A stretch of 52,072 bases of DNA, counting the filler, from Sphacelaria rigidula (lineage: Eukaryota), in the NCBI GenBank assembly GCA_964200075.2. It is 4 parts of 4 records of this genome, joined end to end, with 100 filler letters (N's around TTAATTAATTAA, not from the genome) between each part and the next. Parts side by side here need not be neighbours in the genome. Positions count along the whole stretch, not along the records: positions 1 to 12,944 come from CAXNAA020003280.1; 3 more parts are not named here. One strand, given 5' to 3'. The position numbers were made by a program, and so were the translations under genes. Positions 1 to 13,044 of this stretch are shown piece by piece (within the stretch, counting starts at the first letter, position 1; each line of letters begins with the position of its first letter). The notes under the pieces were generated by a model, which worked only from the letters and a program-made list of their open reading frames with translations, was not told where the DNA came from and did no database searches.

Positions 1-622
1 CCCTTGGACCGCGGTGTTGGTAGTCGATCTGGACCACGTGTACTTTTTCCAAGTGAATATTGATGCCGATTCAGCAGGTGACTTACTCTCGCGGTCTAAC
101 GGTTAACTCCTTCTCGGGAGTTTTGGGGAGGAAGATACTTTCGCTCTGTGTTACTCTTTCGTATCTTCTCTGCAATAGAGAAATGCGACTTCAGCCCCAT
201 TTTGGTGTTGAACCCCACAATTGAAAAACGGCTCTTATATGATGATTTGTGTGACACTCGCGCGCAGCACACGCTTACAAAACGGTCAGCAACGACACGT
301 TTTCGGTTGTGCTTGAAACGCCTGCAGCCACCATTCGTCCGATACAGAACGGATTTTTGTCACTTAAAGACTGCCATGTGAAGTTCAGCAAGGACTCGCA
401 GTGAAACTAATGCGCGTAAGTGGTGGGTGTCTGTGCGTGTTTTTTCAAGGCTGGGTGTGTAGGCGTTGCGCTGCCTTGTTGTGTCTTGTCTGCAGCATTA
501 CGTAGTCCCTGGACCTGCTTCCCTGTCTCTTCTGTCCCAATTCCATTACATTCCAATGTTAGAAAAGATAGGAAAGTTGGAAGCGCGATGCGAAGCAGAG
601 CGATCTATTCAATACACGAAAT

Positions 623-702
623 ATGAAACGTTTCATGTAACGTGTAACGTCTATTACACGTTACATGTGCAATAGACTTCACACGTTACACGAAACGTTT
701 CA
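623..702. repeat. ~80-bp imperfect palindrome rich in GTAACG/CGTTAC
   Basis: Starts ATGAAACGTTTCATGTAACGTGTAACGTCTATT and ends AATAGACTTCACACGTTACACGAAACGTTTCAT, which is its near reverse complement. Confidence 0.7.
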
Positions 703-1034
703 TATTATGTCACACGTCACATGAAACGTCATGCACACCTTAAATGAAGCGGTGAGTCTTCGAGTTTGCGATGAATTTCTCAAATCCTAAAAGATTGTGC
801 TCCAAAGCCAATGAGTTTGAATAAACATGGTATAGGACATACTATTTCGGCAAGTTCGCGCGCTCCGCGCCACATCACACATTATGAGCTACGTACAGCG
901 TAACATCATAACATCGTAATTGTCTTGACCGCACACTCATATCGAAAGATCAGGTGTAACGTACACGTGCACGTGGCGTTTACGTGCACCAGTGCATGGC
1001 ATGGATCCGGGGCGGGGAATGGCAGATCCACAAC

Positions 1035-1680
1035 GAGGGGGTGTTATGGATCGCGGCATACATGGAGGAAGGGCAGTTCAATGATGGGCCCATCTAATCT
1101 GATGGAAACGTCCCGGAGGACTGACTGCGGGAACTGGCAATGTGCCGCAGTCAGTGGGGAGAATGTTTGAGCCCGCACGCAGACGGTTATATAAACATGC
1201 CTCTTTACATCCGGCCTGAACCCGGTTCTTTCAGAATCGGTGAAAGCCGGCCCCCTGCGTTTCACTCCTATGGAAGGGAACGAAGTGGCCTGAGACATGA
1301 GATTCAAAACCACCAGTGCAAAAGAGAAATACCATCGCCTGAAGCTGAGATCAAGATGCCCTGACAGTCAGGATGAGCTGTTCCTCGTTAAACTGATCAT
1401 CCCTTGTGCTGGAAAACTGTTTTGCCCTGCGATAAATGGTGAGCGAGTGCGTACAAATCATTGCATACTGTATTGCACATGGATGAATATCCCGCATGTT
1501 TGGTTGAAGTAGGAAATTTCACTTCATGCCCCGTCTTGAGAAGATCCGTCATCACAGTGCTTGAGCAGCGATCATGGTAACCACAACAATTGAGACAGTA
1601 GTAAAAACGAACAAGTGATACGGACAAGCAAGAGAGGTACCACACTCTTTTGTCCGTATCATGGTGCTTCCAACCGGGGC
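1035..1680 (+). repeat. Dispersed ~650-bp direct duplicate, copy A
   Basis: Near-identical to 5855-6505 (e.g. ggcatacatggaggaagggcagt...gagacatgagattcaaaaccacca...gaggtaccacac). Weaker similarity continues downstream (gaagatgcgtgtccac at ~1937 and ~7143). Confidence 0.9.
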
Positions 1681-3385
1681 TATTGTGTCGACTGTTGCCA
1701 TCTGCGACGTATTGATTGCCCCTCTCGCTATTTTCCGAAATGCGTTTTTTCAAGGAAGCATCAGCCACGATGATGTTTCGGTACCCATATATGAAAAACC
1801 TTCGTTCACCTCAAACAATAACCCCGCATGTGATGATGAATTTTGATGGCTGAGAGTGCGAAATAGAACGAAGTGGTTCTCGGTCAATCCCGTATGTCCT
1901 TGAAGTCGCTGCATGCTGTGTTTATCCTACGCCACTGAAGATGCGTGTCCACGGCGGTGGCGCAGCGGTTATTGCTAAAACAACTGAAATTGATGTTAGA
2001 GCTGCAGCCATAATCGCCCTGCCTTATATGTGTATTTTACAGTATAACGGGTATTTGAAGTACAATTGCCCGCCGTCAGTAGCCACGCCCCAGAGTGGAT
2101 ATAACACCATAGGCTGCAACATGTTGACATCGTCTCCGCACCGCGTTATGAAACGGCTCTAGGCTTATTGCACACAACGCGCAGGTATGGTTGTACATTG
2201 TCCTTTTGGAGTGAGATAAGACACCTGGATGCTAGCTTTGCATACCACGCAGCGAGTGCCGGGGGTACGTACCCCTCCCGCGCGAGTCAGCCGATAACGG
2301 ACACCGCATGTTATGTGCAGCCAATATATATATATACTGTATACGTTTCAGGTACAACGCAGGTATTTGAATCCTATTTCGCCGCCTCTCTGGATACAAC
2401 GTTTGGGTAAGTTTGAATTCATGCGTTTTTTTCTAAAATTTGATGATGATGAACCAACTTCCAACCTTACTTATTGTCATGACCAATATCTTTCGGTTGA
2501 CGAGGTCCTCTAACGTTTGAAATGATGTTTCCACGCGAAGGCAAGACACCCGTTCTACTCTACTATGCTACAGTTGTCAATAGTAGCTATGGCTGTGATG
2601 CGTGTTGGCTCATGTACTGTCTGCAGACCGTGTCTTCACGAGGAAACTCAACAAAAGGCAGCCATGCCGACGGTGACGCATGTCGAATACAAACAACAAA
2701 TGTCCGTATACATTTTATAGTATAAGTGCGGATGATTCGAAATTTCGAAAATTCAACTGACCGAGTCAAGCTACCGCATGCATGCATTGATCTCGCGAAG
2801 CCGCGTTTCTACAGCATCTGTGCACGACCACAACGCCTCTATAACAAGCTGTAACCTATGGAGGGAAAGGAAATGATGGCGTGTCTGCAATAAGCGCACA
2901 CATGTATATTTATATCCTGGGGTGCAGGGTTGCCGTTGCAATGCTGCCCGCTTGATTTGGAGCTTGCTGTGCCCTGTTCAAAATCGGAGATACCCTACAT
3001 CATGTTCCCCGAATCAAACTTTCATGTATTGTACTGTCTGTTGCTGTTGAATTGGCATGAAAGCGGCCCATCTGCTCTGTGTGCGTCCCGTCACTTAACA
3101 TGAGTTTTGCTCAACGCTTGCACAGTGCACGGCCCAGGCTGATACCCCATCTTCCTATAACCTGATGCGGCGCACTGTTGTCATCTGAATGCTACCAGTT
3201 ATCCCTCATCATTATCCTACATCAATCGTGCCTTACTGTTCGACGAGATATTACATCATGTCGCTAAAACCCGACCCACTTGAGCCAAAGTTTCGGTCAC
3301 CATGCATTGAGTACGCCCTGTTCACATTGCCATATAATTGCGGCGGGTTTTTAGATGTGATAGATGATCTCCCTTACGCCTTGAA

Positions 3386-4570
3386 TTAAAAACTTGCCCT
3401 CACGGGTGAGTGCACAGGATCGGAATGTGAAAACCGATCGTGCAAGGAGCTGTGAGATGAGACAGCTTGATCCTTGCTTTATACACCACATCACGGTTGA
3501 CGCCAAGATGAAATGATTCTCTATACCGCTTTGCTGTATTCTTTGATGCCATGTCGCCCCAGTGAAACTACTGAACGCGATATCAACCAGCAGATGGGAG
3601 TTAACGAACTGCCTGTGGAAGAAATACACAGAAGCTATCGAGATGTTGTCGGCTACAATTAATACCGAGTACATACAGCATGATATATATATTTTTAGGA
3701 ATGCGAACCACTTGCTCGAGTATCTCATGCATGGCCACGTATGCAACGGTGGAAGAATGTCATTTTACTCTATGCTTCGCAAATTCACGAAACTGCTTGT
3801 GTGACCGTAATACCATACTGGTTGTGCATACATGCTAAAAGGCACGATACCATGTGAGCCGATTCGTCGTGACCGGATATTGCGAAGCTTGAATCAACAT
3901 GAGTATTTACCCTACCCCGGTCAGGGGGGGAGCAGATCATTGATGCGTTAAATGTGTGTTATTGTCATGGAAATTGAACATCACTTCAACGTGGTTCCAC
4001 CTGATTGATAGTTTTGCCCTTGGTGGATAGCTCCAAAGGGTATGGGCGAGTCATATATGCTTGAGAACTTCGGGGCTATGTGATATCTACTCCGATCTTG
4101 AAGAAATCAGACCCAATCATGTGCTTTGACTTTACTTCACGACTTTCAATACATGGGTGATTGTTTCCGTGTACACCTAATAACCGCACCTCGTACATGA
4201 CCGTGTATGCAACTGATAGAGAATGACATTGTTACGCTGCCGTCCGCTAATGCACGGAAATCTGTTTGTCTAACCGTAATGTCATACTGTCTGCATACAT
4301 GCTACCAGGCACGGTACTATGTAAACCGATTAGCCGTGAACGGAAATGGCGAGGCTTGAATGAACGAAACATGGAGTATTTACCCTACCCCCTGGTCAGG
4401 GGGGGGCGAACCAGTAATGCTCGAAATGCTTGATTTGTCATGGAAAATGGATGTAACCTCTACGTGGCCCCCCTGTTTGATCGTTTGCGCCCTTGGTAGA
4501 TATCTTCAAAACGTGTGTGCGAGCTATGCATGCGTAAAACAAACGGAGAGTTATGTGAAGTTGTATGAAC
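3386..4570 (+). repeat. Segmental duplicate copy A, containing two diverged ~460-bp tandem units
   Basis: Matches 10296-10500 plus 11207-12185. The internal unit signature ccctaccccggtcagggggg...gcccttggt(g/a)gata occurs at ~3910 and ~4383. Confidence 0.85.

Positions 4571-4605
<35 letters not shown>
4571..4605. repeat. (CA)n(TA)n microsatellite
   Basis: Directly visible. Confidence 0.95.
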
Positions 4606-4691
4606 GCTTGCACCATACAGCGAAAAAGCAGGGTTTGATTGCATACAGGAAGATGGGCGAGGACGAAGGCTCAACATGTCAAGACCATGCT

Positions 4692-5050
4692 TGTTCGAAC
4701 AGGTTGACAGGGGAGTCAGGGTTTCTCATGTGTTTTTGAACGGTTGACAGGGGAGCCAGGATTTCCCATGTGTTTTCGAACAGGTTGACAGGTGGCCAGG
4801 AGTTTCCCACACGTGTTCAAACAACTTGCCACGGATCCAGGATTTCCCATATGTTTTCGAATAGGTTGACAGGGAGCCAGGATTTCCCATATGTTTTCGA
4901 ACAGGTTGACAGGGGGGCAGGAGTTTCCCTTTCGCGTGCGAACAGGTTGACAGGCATCCAGGAATTCCCATGCTGTCCGAACAGGTTGACAAGCAGCCAG
5001 GATTTTCCCATGCTGTCCGAACAGGTTGACATGGAGTCAGATTCCCCTTG
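4692..5050 (+). repeat. Minisatellite, ~9 copies of a ~40-bp unit
   Basis: Consensus approx. GAACAGGTTGACAGGGAGCCAGGATTTCCCATGTGTTTTC at ~4697, 4738, 4778, 4818 (degenerate), 4859, 4899, 4940, 4979 and 5019. Confidence 0.9.
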
Positions 5051-5466
5051 GGAGTCTATGAATGTATACCTGGCTGTCCCCGACAAGCGATACCCTGGCC
5101 AAATGCACACGCATGAACCTGTTTTGTCCGATTATATTGCTGTACCCTTCGTTCTCCTTCCCCTTTATTTGTCTTGTTCGCTATCGTTATACTGGTGAAG
5201 CGCTGCTATTCATGTTACTGGTTCCATCGTTTCTCACGCCGTTGATGACTGAGAATGTTTCTTCCAGACACCGCCCTCGTGACTCTTGAATCATGGAGAT
5301 TGTAATACACTGCGTTACAGTTGGATGTGCTTTATGCCTTCTTGGAATTTTATCAACCGCAGACCAGGCCACGTCCATCTGATACATCATCTCGCGCAGA
5401 AACGGGCTCAATTGCCCGGTAGATCCCCCGATGTACCAAGATCCGCAAACGGTTTACGGACAGCCC

Positions 5467-5728
5467 AGAGCGGTCAACAAGATCAAGGACTTCTCCGGAC
5501 TGGGTAGAATCGTTTCTGTACGGCGTAAATTCCCTACGCGGTCTAACCCGGCAGAGCGGTCAACAAGATCAAGGACTTCTCCGGACTGGATGGGATCGTT
5601 GCTGTACGGTGTTCAAATTCCCTACGTGGTCTAACCCGGCAGAGAGAGCTGCAAGAGCGGGAGTTGCCGAAACTGTTTGAGATTGTTCTGCACGGTGTTC
5701 AAATTCCCTACGTGATCTAACTAGGCAA
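5467..5728 (+). repeat. Tandem repeat, ~3 copies of a ~86-bp unit
   Basis: AGAGCGGTCAACAAGATCAAGGACTTCTCCGGACTGG occurs twice and AAATTCCCTACG...TCTAAC three times. Confidence 0.85.
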
Positions 5729-5854
5729 AACAGACTAAGATCGACGGCTACACAGAACCAACGCCGAGTACTCGAGGACGAGGAAGGTGATAACGCGGCG
5801 ATCCATCGTCAAACCATGTTCAGCCCCAGGGTTGTCAACCCTAGGCCTAAGGGG

Positions 5855-6505
5855 AGGTGTAAGGGATCGTGGCATACATGGAGGAAGGGCAGTACAATGA
5901 TGGGCCCATCTAATGTGATGGAAAAGTCTCGGAAGGCTGACTGCGGGAACTGGCAATGTGCCGCAGTCAGGTGGGAGGATGTTTGAGCCCGTACGCAGAC
6001 GATTAGATAAACATGCCTCGTAACGTCCGGCTTGAACTCGGTTCTTTCAGAATCGGTGAAAGCCGGCCCCCTGGTTTTACTCCTATGGAAGGGAACGAAG
6101 TGGCCTGAGACATGAGATTCAAAACCACCAATGCAAAAGAGAAATACCATCGCCTGAAGCTGAGATCAAGATACCCTGACATTCAGGATGAGCTGTTCCT
6201 CGTTAAACTGATCATCCCTTGTGCTGGAAAACTGTTTTGGCCTGCGATGAATGGTGAGCGAGTACGTGCAAGTCATTGCATACTGTATTGCACATGGATG
6301 AATATCCCGCATATTTGGTTGAAGTAGGAAAATCTCACTTCATGCCCCGTCTTGAGAAGATGCATCATCACAGTGCTTGAGCAGCGATCATGGTAACCAC
6401 AACAATTGAGACAGTCGAGACAGTAGTAAAAACGAACTAGTGATACGGACAAGCCAGAGAGGTACCACACTATTTTGTCCGTATCTTGGTGCTTCTCACC
6501 GGGAC
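5855..6505 (+). repeat. Dispersed ~650-bp direct duplicate, copy B
   Basis: See 1035-1680. The ORFs at 1297 and 6112 translate almost identically. Confidence 0.9.
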
Positions 6506-7364
6506 TAGTGTGTTCCATCATATCATCTGCGGTGCGGCGCAAGCCAGGAGAGGTCAAATGTTCAGGAAGATGTTCACTGAGATATTCAATTCCCTTATTA
6601 ATAAAGAGAGCAAAACATGTGGGTTTTCACCACCCCGCCATAAGGTAGCAAGGGCATCACGCGACAAAGCAAGTAATTAGCCATCATAATGCGCGCTGGG
6701 TGATGCGCGCTGGGAGCGACGCGCTCGTGCTCATGCTTACGACGACACGAAGGTAATCAAGCTACAGAGACCATTATAATGGTTTCCACCGCGCTTGGGT
6801 AAGGTGAAGAGACGCAAGCAGTCGAATCATTAAAATAATCAATGTACTCTTGACCATGACAGGTACCCCGCAAAACAATTGCACTTGCGAAAAAGATGCT
6901 TAAAGATAAGACAGCTGCTCAGGCGGGAGTTTACGTTCGTCCTGCGTACTGCTGTAATGGGCGGAGATTATAAATACCCGCCAATGACGCGAATCAGTGG
7001 GCCCATATCCATATAAATGACAGTATGGTCTCGGGATATTGTATGTCGACTGAGACTCAACCGAAAAATGAATTGATACATGAGCTGAGGCTACGAGAGG
7101 ATCCTCAAGACTAAGGTCCATCCCGGGGTGCTTGCACCGCTTGAAGATGCGTGTCCACAACGTTAGCGGAGCGATATCGCTCACAGCGTGACTTCGGAGG
7201 TGGCTATGCGCTAGTCCTGTGCGCGATACCATTTGAGTAAAGTAAAACGGCGTGCCGCCCACGCAGTTCAATTCGATGCTCTTACAGTTCAGAGTCAGAA
7301 TCTTCAGCTATTCTTGATTGAACAGGAAGCGCGGAGTTGATGTCGGAAGGCATGAGTCTCTACA

Positions 7365-7820
7365 CGTTGTATCCTTCAAATGCAACAGCTGCACGCACGA
7401 TTGTTGACGCGTAATACAGCTGGCAGGAGAAATATCGCGCTGTATGCACCCACTATGTTGCACACTGTACTGTTACACATGAACGCCGCCCCGGCTAAAT
7501 GCACTATGCCCCACATAGTTACCGTCCGTTATTGCGCGACACTGGCACATTGGGTCGGTGTTACATCAAATGTTGCCAGAGATTATTGGCGCCGCTCGTT
7601 GTCTCCCTTAAATGCAACACAGCCGCGCGCACGACTTTTGATGCGTGACACAGCTGGCAGGAGAAACTTGGCGCTGGCCACACCCATTAGCAAAAATTGT
7701 ATTGGTGTACGTGAACGCCGCACCGGTTAAATGAACTATGCATCACCGAATTGCTGTCCGCTACTGCGCGACACTGGCCCAGCGGGTCGGTGTTACCTCG
7801 AACGTCATCAGATGTTAGTG
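7365..7820 (+). repeat. ~235-bp tandem duplication
   Basis: aaatgcaaca...cagctggcaggagaaa...tgaacgccgc...gcgcgacactggc...gggtcggtgttac is present twice (7378-7590, 7610-7820). Confidence 0.85.
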
Positions 7821-10295
7821 GCAGCGATGGGGCGGAGAACCGAAACAATCAGGGGGGTATTCACAGCAAGCAAGTGGTGATGTGAGCTGTTGATTGGGAG
7901 TAATGAGCGCCGATTTATGCGTTACACACCAAGCCGATGCTGCTGTTATACTCTCCAGTTTGATTGTAGCGGAAAAACCGAGATGCCGCACCTCGCTTCA
8001 TGCTTTGAGTGACACGAGTGCTACTTCGAGCAAGAGCCGGATCCAGAGGTTTGGATTGTTTCGACAGGTACCAAATGAGGATACTTGGATCTTCATGCCG
8101 CTGCACCGGTTGTCAATCCACCCCACCCAACAGCTGCGGTGCGCTTGGTGATAACCGCGCGATGTAGCTTTTAGGAGCAACGTTGTGTTTACTTTAGCCA
8201 TCATGTTACGGTTGCGGTGAGATACCTGTGAATCTGCTATAGCGCTCGAACGAAACAAGGATCACGGGACACAATGAAACAAAATGAGGGTATCTTCACC
8301 GGTACGGTTAAACTACTCCGAAATGAGGGGTGGTGATGTCGAATTAATCCTTTCTGCAGACTGCACTGAATGTCGCAACTACCGCACACTACAGGTGCCC
8401 AACGCACGGCACTAGCGCGACAGAACGTTGTTCGTCTCACCGAATATGAAAGAGTCCACATACCCACGAAGTTTTCAACAGAAGTGCAGAGAGGACTGCG
8501 TGCGACTAAGATTGGTCGGTAGGGACGAACACGAAGACAGTATCGCTGCTCATGCGATCCAAAACAGTGTTCGCGATTCGTGAACGCAACGCAATAGAAC
8601 GGACAGGAAAAGCTTCGACACCTGAGAGGGCTTGAAGGCTTTTGCTGTGAGACAGTAGGGGAACAAGATATGTTCCATGAGTTAGTCCTCAGGCTGATTG
8701 TGGAGGGGTCTTTAAATTGAAGCCAACGCCCAGTGAACACTCCACTATAGCCGCGCTTCTTTACATTTGCCTGGGTCACCCGCATCGGGTGCAGGAAGGT
8801 TGACATCAGAGGCGAGCTTCACACGCTAATTAATTAAGCAGATTCGGGCCCGGTACATCTTTAGTATGCCGGCTTGTGTACACCAAACGGTCAGACCTCT
8901 GTCAATTTCCCTCACACTTGCATCTGGGCAAACTGACTATGTACGCAGGACCATACCCATGTTATCACACGATAATTGAATGACTGAGCTGTATTGAAAC
9001 GCACTGCAATTCAGTACCGCTGCTTCTGTATAGCTTTACGACAAATACCGTAGCGCATCCAGACGGGCAGTCAGGTTTTGGTGACGCTACATCAGCCGTT
9101 CACCAACGCCAGCCATGCTTGAAGGGCCGTACTTCAACACCGCTACGAATTACGTAAAGAAGGTGGCGGTTAAAACTAACGCTACGCGGAAGGTCGAAAC
9201 GTTCCGTCTATCAAACCCTAAATCTTATCACGACCTACCTTCGCGAGTCTCAATTAACTTATGAATTACGCCTGCCAACAGACTGAGCGGACAATTGTCA
9301 TCAACAGGAAGTTGGGAAGTTTGAATGGACGAAACACGACACCCCCTCGGTCAGGGGGGGCAGGTCATTGATATTCGGGAGGTTTACTGTTATGAAAAAC
9401 GGATGTAAACCCCTCGCAGTTCTCCCTGCTGGACAGTTCGAGAGCTGGGGGATATCTGCTCACGTTCGACTGTCGCGCGACCAGTGGGTAAAGCAACTAG
9501 CCCTTGCTGGTGCACGTTGTACTAGTGTGTAGCTATTATGACAGTATATACTAGAATGTACACACCTTTTCTATTACCCGCTCGATATTATCGAACGGAA
9601 ATAACACGATGAATCAAGGATGATCTACCATCAGTCATCAATAACTCAAGGAATGGGACCATTTACCCATGTTCACCCTGGCTGGGGTGACCAACTCAAC
9701 ACTGCCACGATTGGGCAGCTACGGAGAGTTCTGCGAGACAAGATACCTGCACGAGGCCACCAGACGGACACTATACCATCTCCCGATGTTTGTCCACTCT
9801 GCACCTATCGGCAATCAAATTCCAACGCGGTTTGTCTGTCCGTGTTTGCTATGACTACCATCAGACAAGGCTGCGTTTGTCTGGGCAGGGCTTCTGGTCT
9901 TAAGGGTCTACGGGTTCCACACATCCCTTTTTCCGATATATATATCGAGAAGAAACCGACCAGGAGGTTGGCTGGAACTGAACAACGAAAGTAGTAATTG
10001 TAGGCATTATGCACTATTCTAGCATGGAAGCCAGACAACGTGTGAATTCATTGGGGAATGCGCTTGAGTCCGGGGTATGCGTGCGTTAAACAAAAGGCTC
10101 ACCTACAAGCAGGCAGGAAATCACTACATACAGGGAAACATGATGTTACGTGAAGCTTGGGGGCGGGGTATCACCCGCGACCACGTAAAAGACCGTGTCA
10201 TGCTATGTTTGCTTACACGCGGTGGCAGATCAAATATTTCGCAAACAGCAATGAAAACGTTGAAGCGGTGTGATTTCCCTTACTTCTTGCAATAA

Positions 10296-12270
10296 ACACT
10301 TGCTCTCACGGGTGAGTGCACAGGATCGAAATGTGAAAGCTGATCGTGCATGGAGCTGTGAGATGAGACAGCTTCATGCTTGCTTTATAGCCGCGACAGG
10401 TCAAATGTTGTCGTGTAGACCTGAATGAGTAGAGTCACGGTGGATGCTAGGATTGCATGACTCTCTAGACTGCTTTACTAAATCTTTCCATGCAACAGCT
10501 GCTGTGTGCTTCCTGCCATGTGATGCAGCTGAAAAGAGCAACACAACACTATGCCGTCTTCACCCATCAAGCTTGTGCTTACTGTATTTACCACACGGGA
10601 GTTTTCATCACGTTTGCACACCGGAAACGGGATGGTGTATACAGACGAGGTTGACAGTAAATATCAGTTGAACTCTTACAAATTCGAGTATAATCTATCT
10701 TTGTGCGCCGCTGGACGGACTAACGTTAGACTTGTTCACAACTGACGCTGCTGTTGCTCTACGCTATGATTGTTGGAGTTTCATACAGCTGGCTGAAATG
10801 GAATCACGGTACAATAATATATATGCTGCTCCACACATACTCAAACTCGACAAGACCCGCTGAATTAAAAATCGCTGGTGTCTCCACACATTGAGGTGCG
10901 ATAACACCCTTGGGCTTTACGATATGTTACCCTTTAATTTGTTGTGATGCTGTTACAATATGCCTGTACGAGATGACGGTACTGACTGATTACGGCCTGC
11001 ACCATCTCCTCGATGAAACCGTTCACTTTGTTCTCGGTCTAACAGTACATGAGTAATGTGCTTTCACTGTGGGAATGAAACTGTTCCAAATCACCATCGA
11101 ATATCAAATGTCGGGCTATGCATGCGGAAGAACTTCTGCCGTGTACTGTCTATTCGAGACTAAATACTGTGGGGATACACGAGGTAGTGATGGCTGTGTT
11201 GCCTGAGTGGAACTACTGAACGCGATATCAACCAGCAGATGGGAGTAAACGAACTGCCTGCGGAAAAGATACACAGGAGCTATCGAGATGTTGTCGGCTA
11301 CAACTAGTAACGAGTACAGCATATATTTTTAGGAACGCGACCCACATGCAAGAGTATCTCATGCATGACCACGTATGCAACGGTGAAAGAATGTCATTTT
11401 ACTCTATGCTTCGCGAATTCACGAACCTGCTTGTGTGACCGTAATGCCATACTGGTTATGCATACATGCTACAAGGCACGATACCATGTGAGCCGATTCG
11501 ACGTGAACGGAAATTGCGAAGCTTGAATCAACACGGGGTATTTACACTACCCCGGTCAGGGGGGGAGCAGATCATTGATGCGTGAAATGTGTCTTATTGT
11601 CATGGAAATTGAATGTCACTTCAACGTGGTTCCCCCTGATTGATAGTTTTGCCCTTGGTGGATAGCTCCAAAGGGTATGGGCGAGTCATACATGCTTGAG
11701 AACTTCGGGGCTATGTGATGTCTGCTCCGATTTTGAAGAAATCAGACCCAATCATGTGCTTTGACTTTACTTCACGACTTTCAATACATGGGTGATTGTT
11801 TCCGTGTGCACCAAATAACCGCACCTCGTACATGACCGTGTATGCAACTGACAGAGAATGACATTGTTAAGCTGACGTCCGCTAATGCACGAACATCTGT
11901 TTGTCTAACCGAAATGTCATACTGTGTGCATACATGTCACCAGGCACGGTACCGATTAGCCGTGAACATAAATTGCGAGGCTTGAATGAACGAAACATGG
12001 AGGTATTCACCCTACCCCCCGGTCAGGGGGGGCAAATCATTAATGCTCGAAATGATATTTTGTCATGGAAAATGGATGGACTCTCTACGTGGTCCCCCTG
12101 TTTGATCGTTTGCGCCCTTGGTAGATATCTTCAAAGAGTATAAACGAGCCATGCATGCGTAAAACGAATGGAGAGTTATGTGAAGTTGTTTCGATTTTAA
12201 GAGATCAAACCCAACCATGTACTTCTAGCTTACATTTCGACTGCGAATACGTGGGTGACTGTTTCCAGGT
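10296..12270 (+). repeat. Segmental duplicate copy B of 3386-4570, interrupted by a ~700-bp insert (~10500-11205)
   Basis: ctcacgggtgagtgcacaggatcg at ~3400 and ~10305, and aactactgaacgcgatatcaaccagcagatgggag at ~3566 and ~11211. The spacing between these anchors is ~165 bp in A and ~905 bp in B. Confidence 0.85.
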
Positions 12271-12944
12271 GCATTGTTGAACATACCATTACTTGATTAA
12301 TATTACCCGCAGCGGTGGGTCACAGGACTGCATGAAGCCTGCAACAGTTGCTCGTCAAAAAATGTTGTTGGTGCCCGCCTGCCGATTTCTATGTAGCTAT
12401 TCATGAGTGTGACAATCAACCCAGATCCAAAACGATTGAGCGGCTATGAGTGAAGCTGCATGCTAATGTGTTTGCATGAGGCCACCAGGCGGATGCTGCG
12501 TCAGTTCCCGTTGACCGTCTATACTCGTGCACACTCCGACAATCAGTTCGAAGATGACCGTCTACTTGTGCACGCTCTGATAATCCATTCAAAGATAACT
12601 GTCTACATGCGCGTGCTCCGACAATCAATTCGAAGATGACCGTCTACCTCTCTGCGCGCTATGACCGTCCCGGGGGCAGGGCTGCATTCTTCTGGTCTTG
12701 AGAGTCCACGGGTTCCACACATTCCTTTGCCGAGGTTTACACCGGAAATCTTCCGATGAAAGTTGTTGGCTTGTAATGAACGACTCGTGTGTTTATCGTG
12801 GAGACTGTGCCAGTTGCCAACATACAAGTCGGAACTCGAATGGATGAACGAAAAAGTTGTATGAACCAAAAAAATATATTTATATACTTCCTCTGTCCCA
12901 TAAGTCTGTATCGTTATGTTTGTACGAGCCCTTCACGATGTCCG

Positions 12945-13044
12945 NNNNNNNNNNNNNNNNNNNNNNNNNNNNNNNNNNNNNNNNNNNNTTAATTAATTAA
13001 NNNNNNNNNNNNNNNNNNNNNNNNNNNNNNNNNNNNNNNNNNNN
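12945..13044. other. Artificial scaffold spacer (44 N + TTAATTAATTAA + 44 N)
   Basis: Exactly 100 bp with a six-frame stop linker. Confidence 0.98.

Noticed and set aside
4692-5050. CRISPR-like appearance of the 40-bp array
   Set aside because: The intervening segments are homologous to each other rather than unique spacers, there are no cas genes, and the context is eukaryotic.
8237-8806. 189-aa minus-strand ORF, and similar mid-size ORFs at 22262, 23267, 29096, 49218 and 50105
   Set aside because: No recognisable motifs or splice support; most overlap repeats or introns.
12989-13000. TTAATTAATTAA motif recurring three times
   Set aside because: It is always centred in N runs, so it is an artificial linker.
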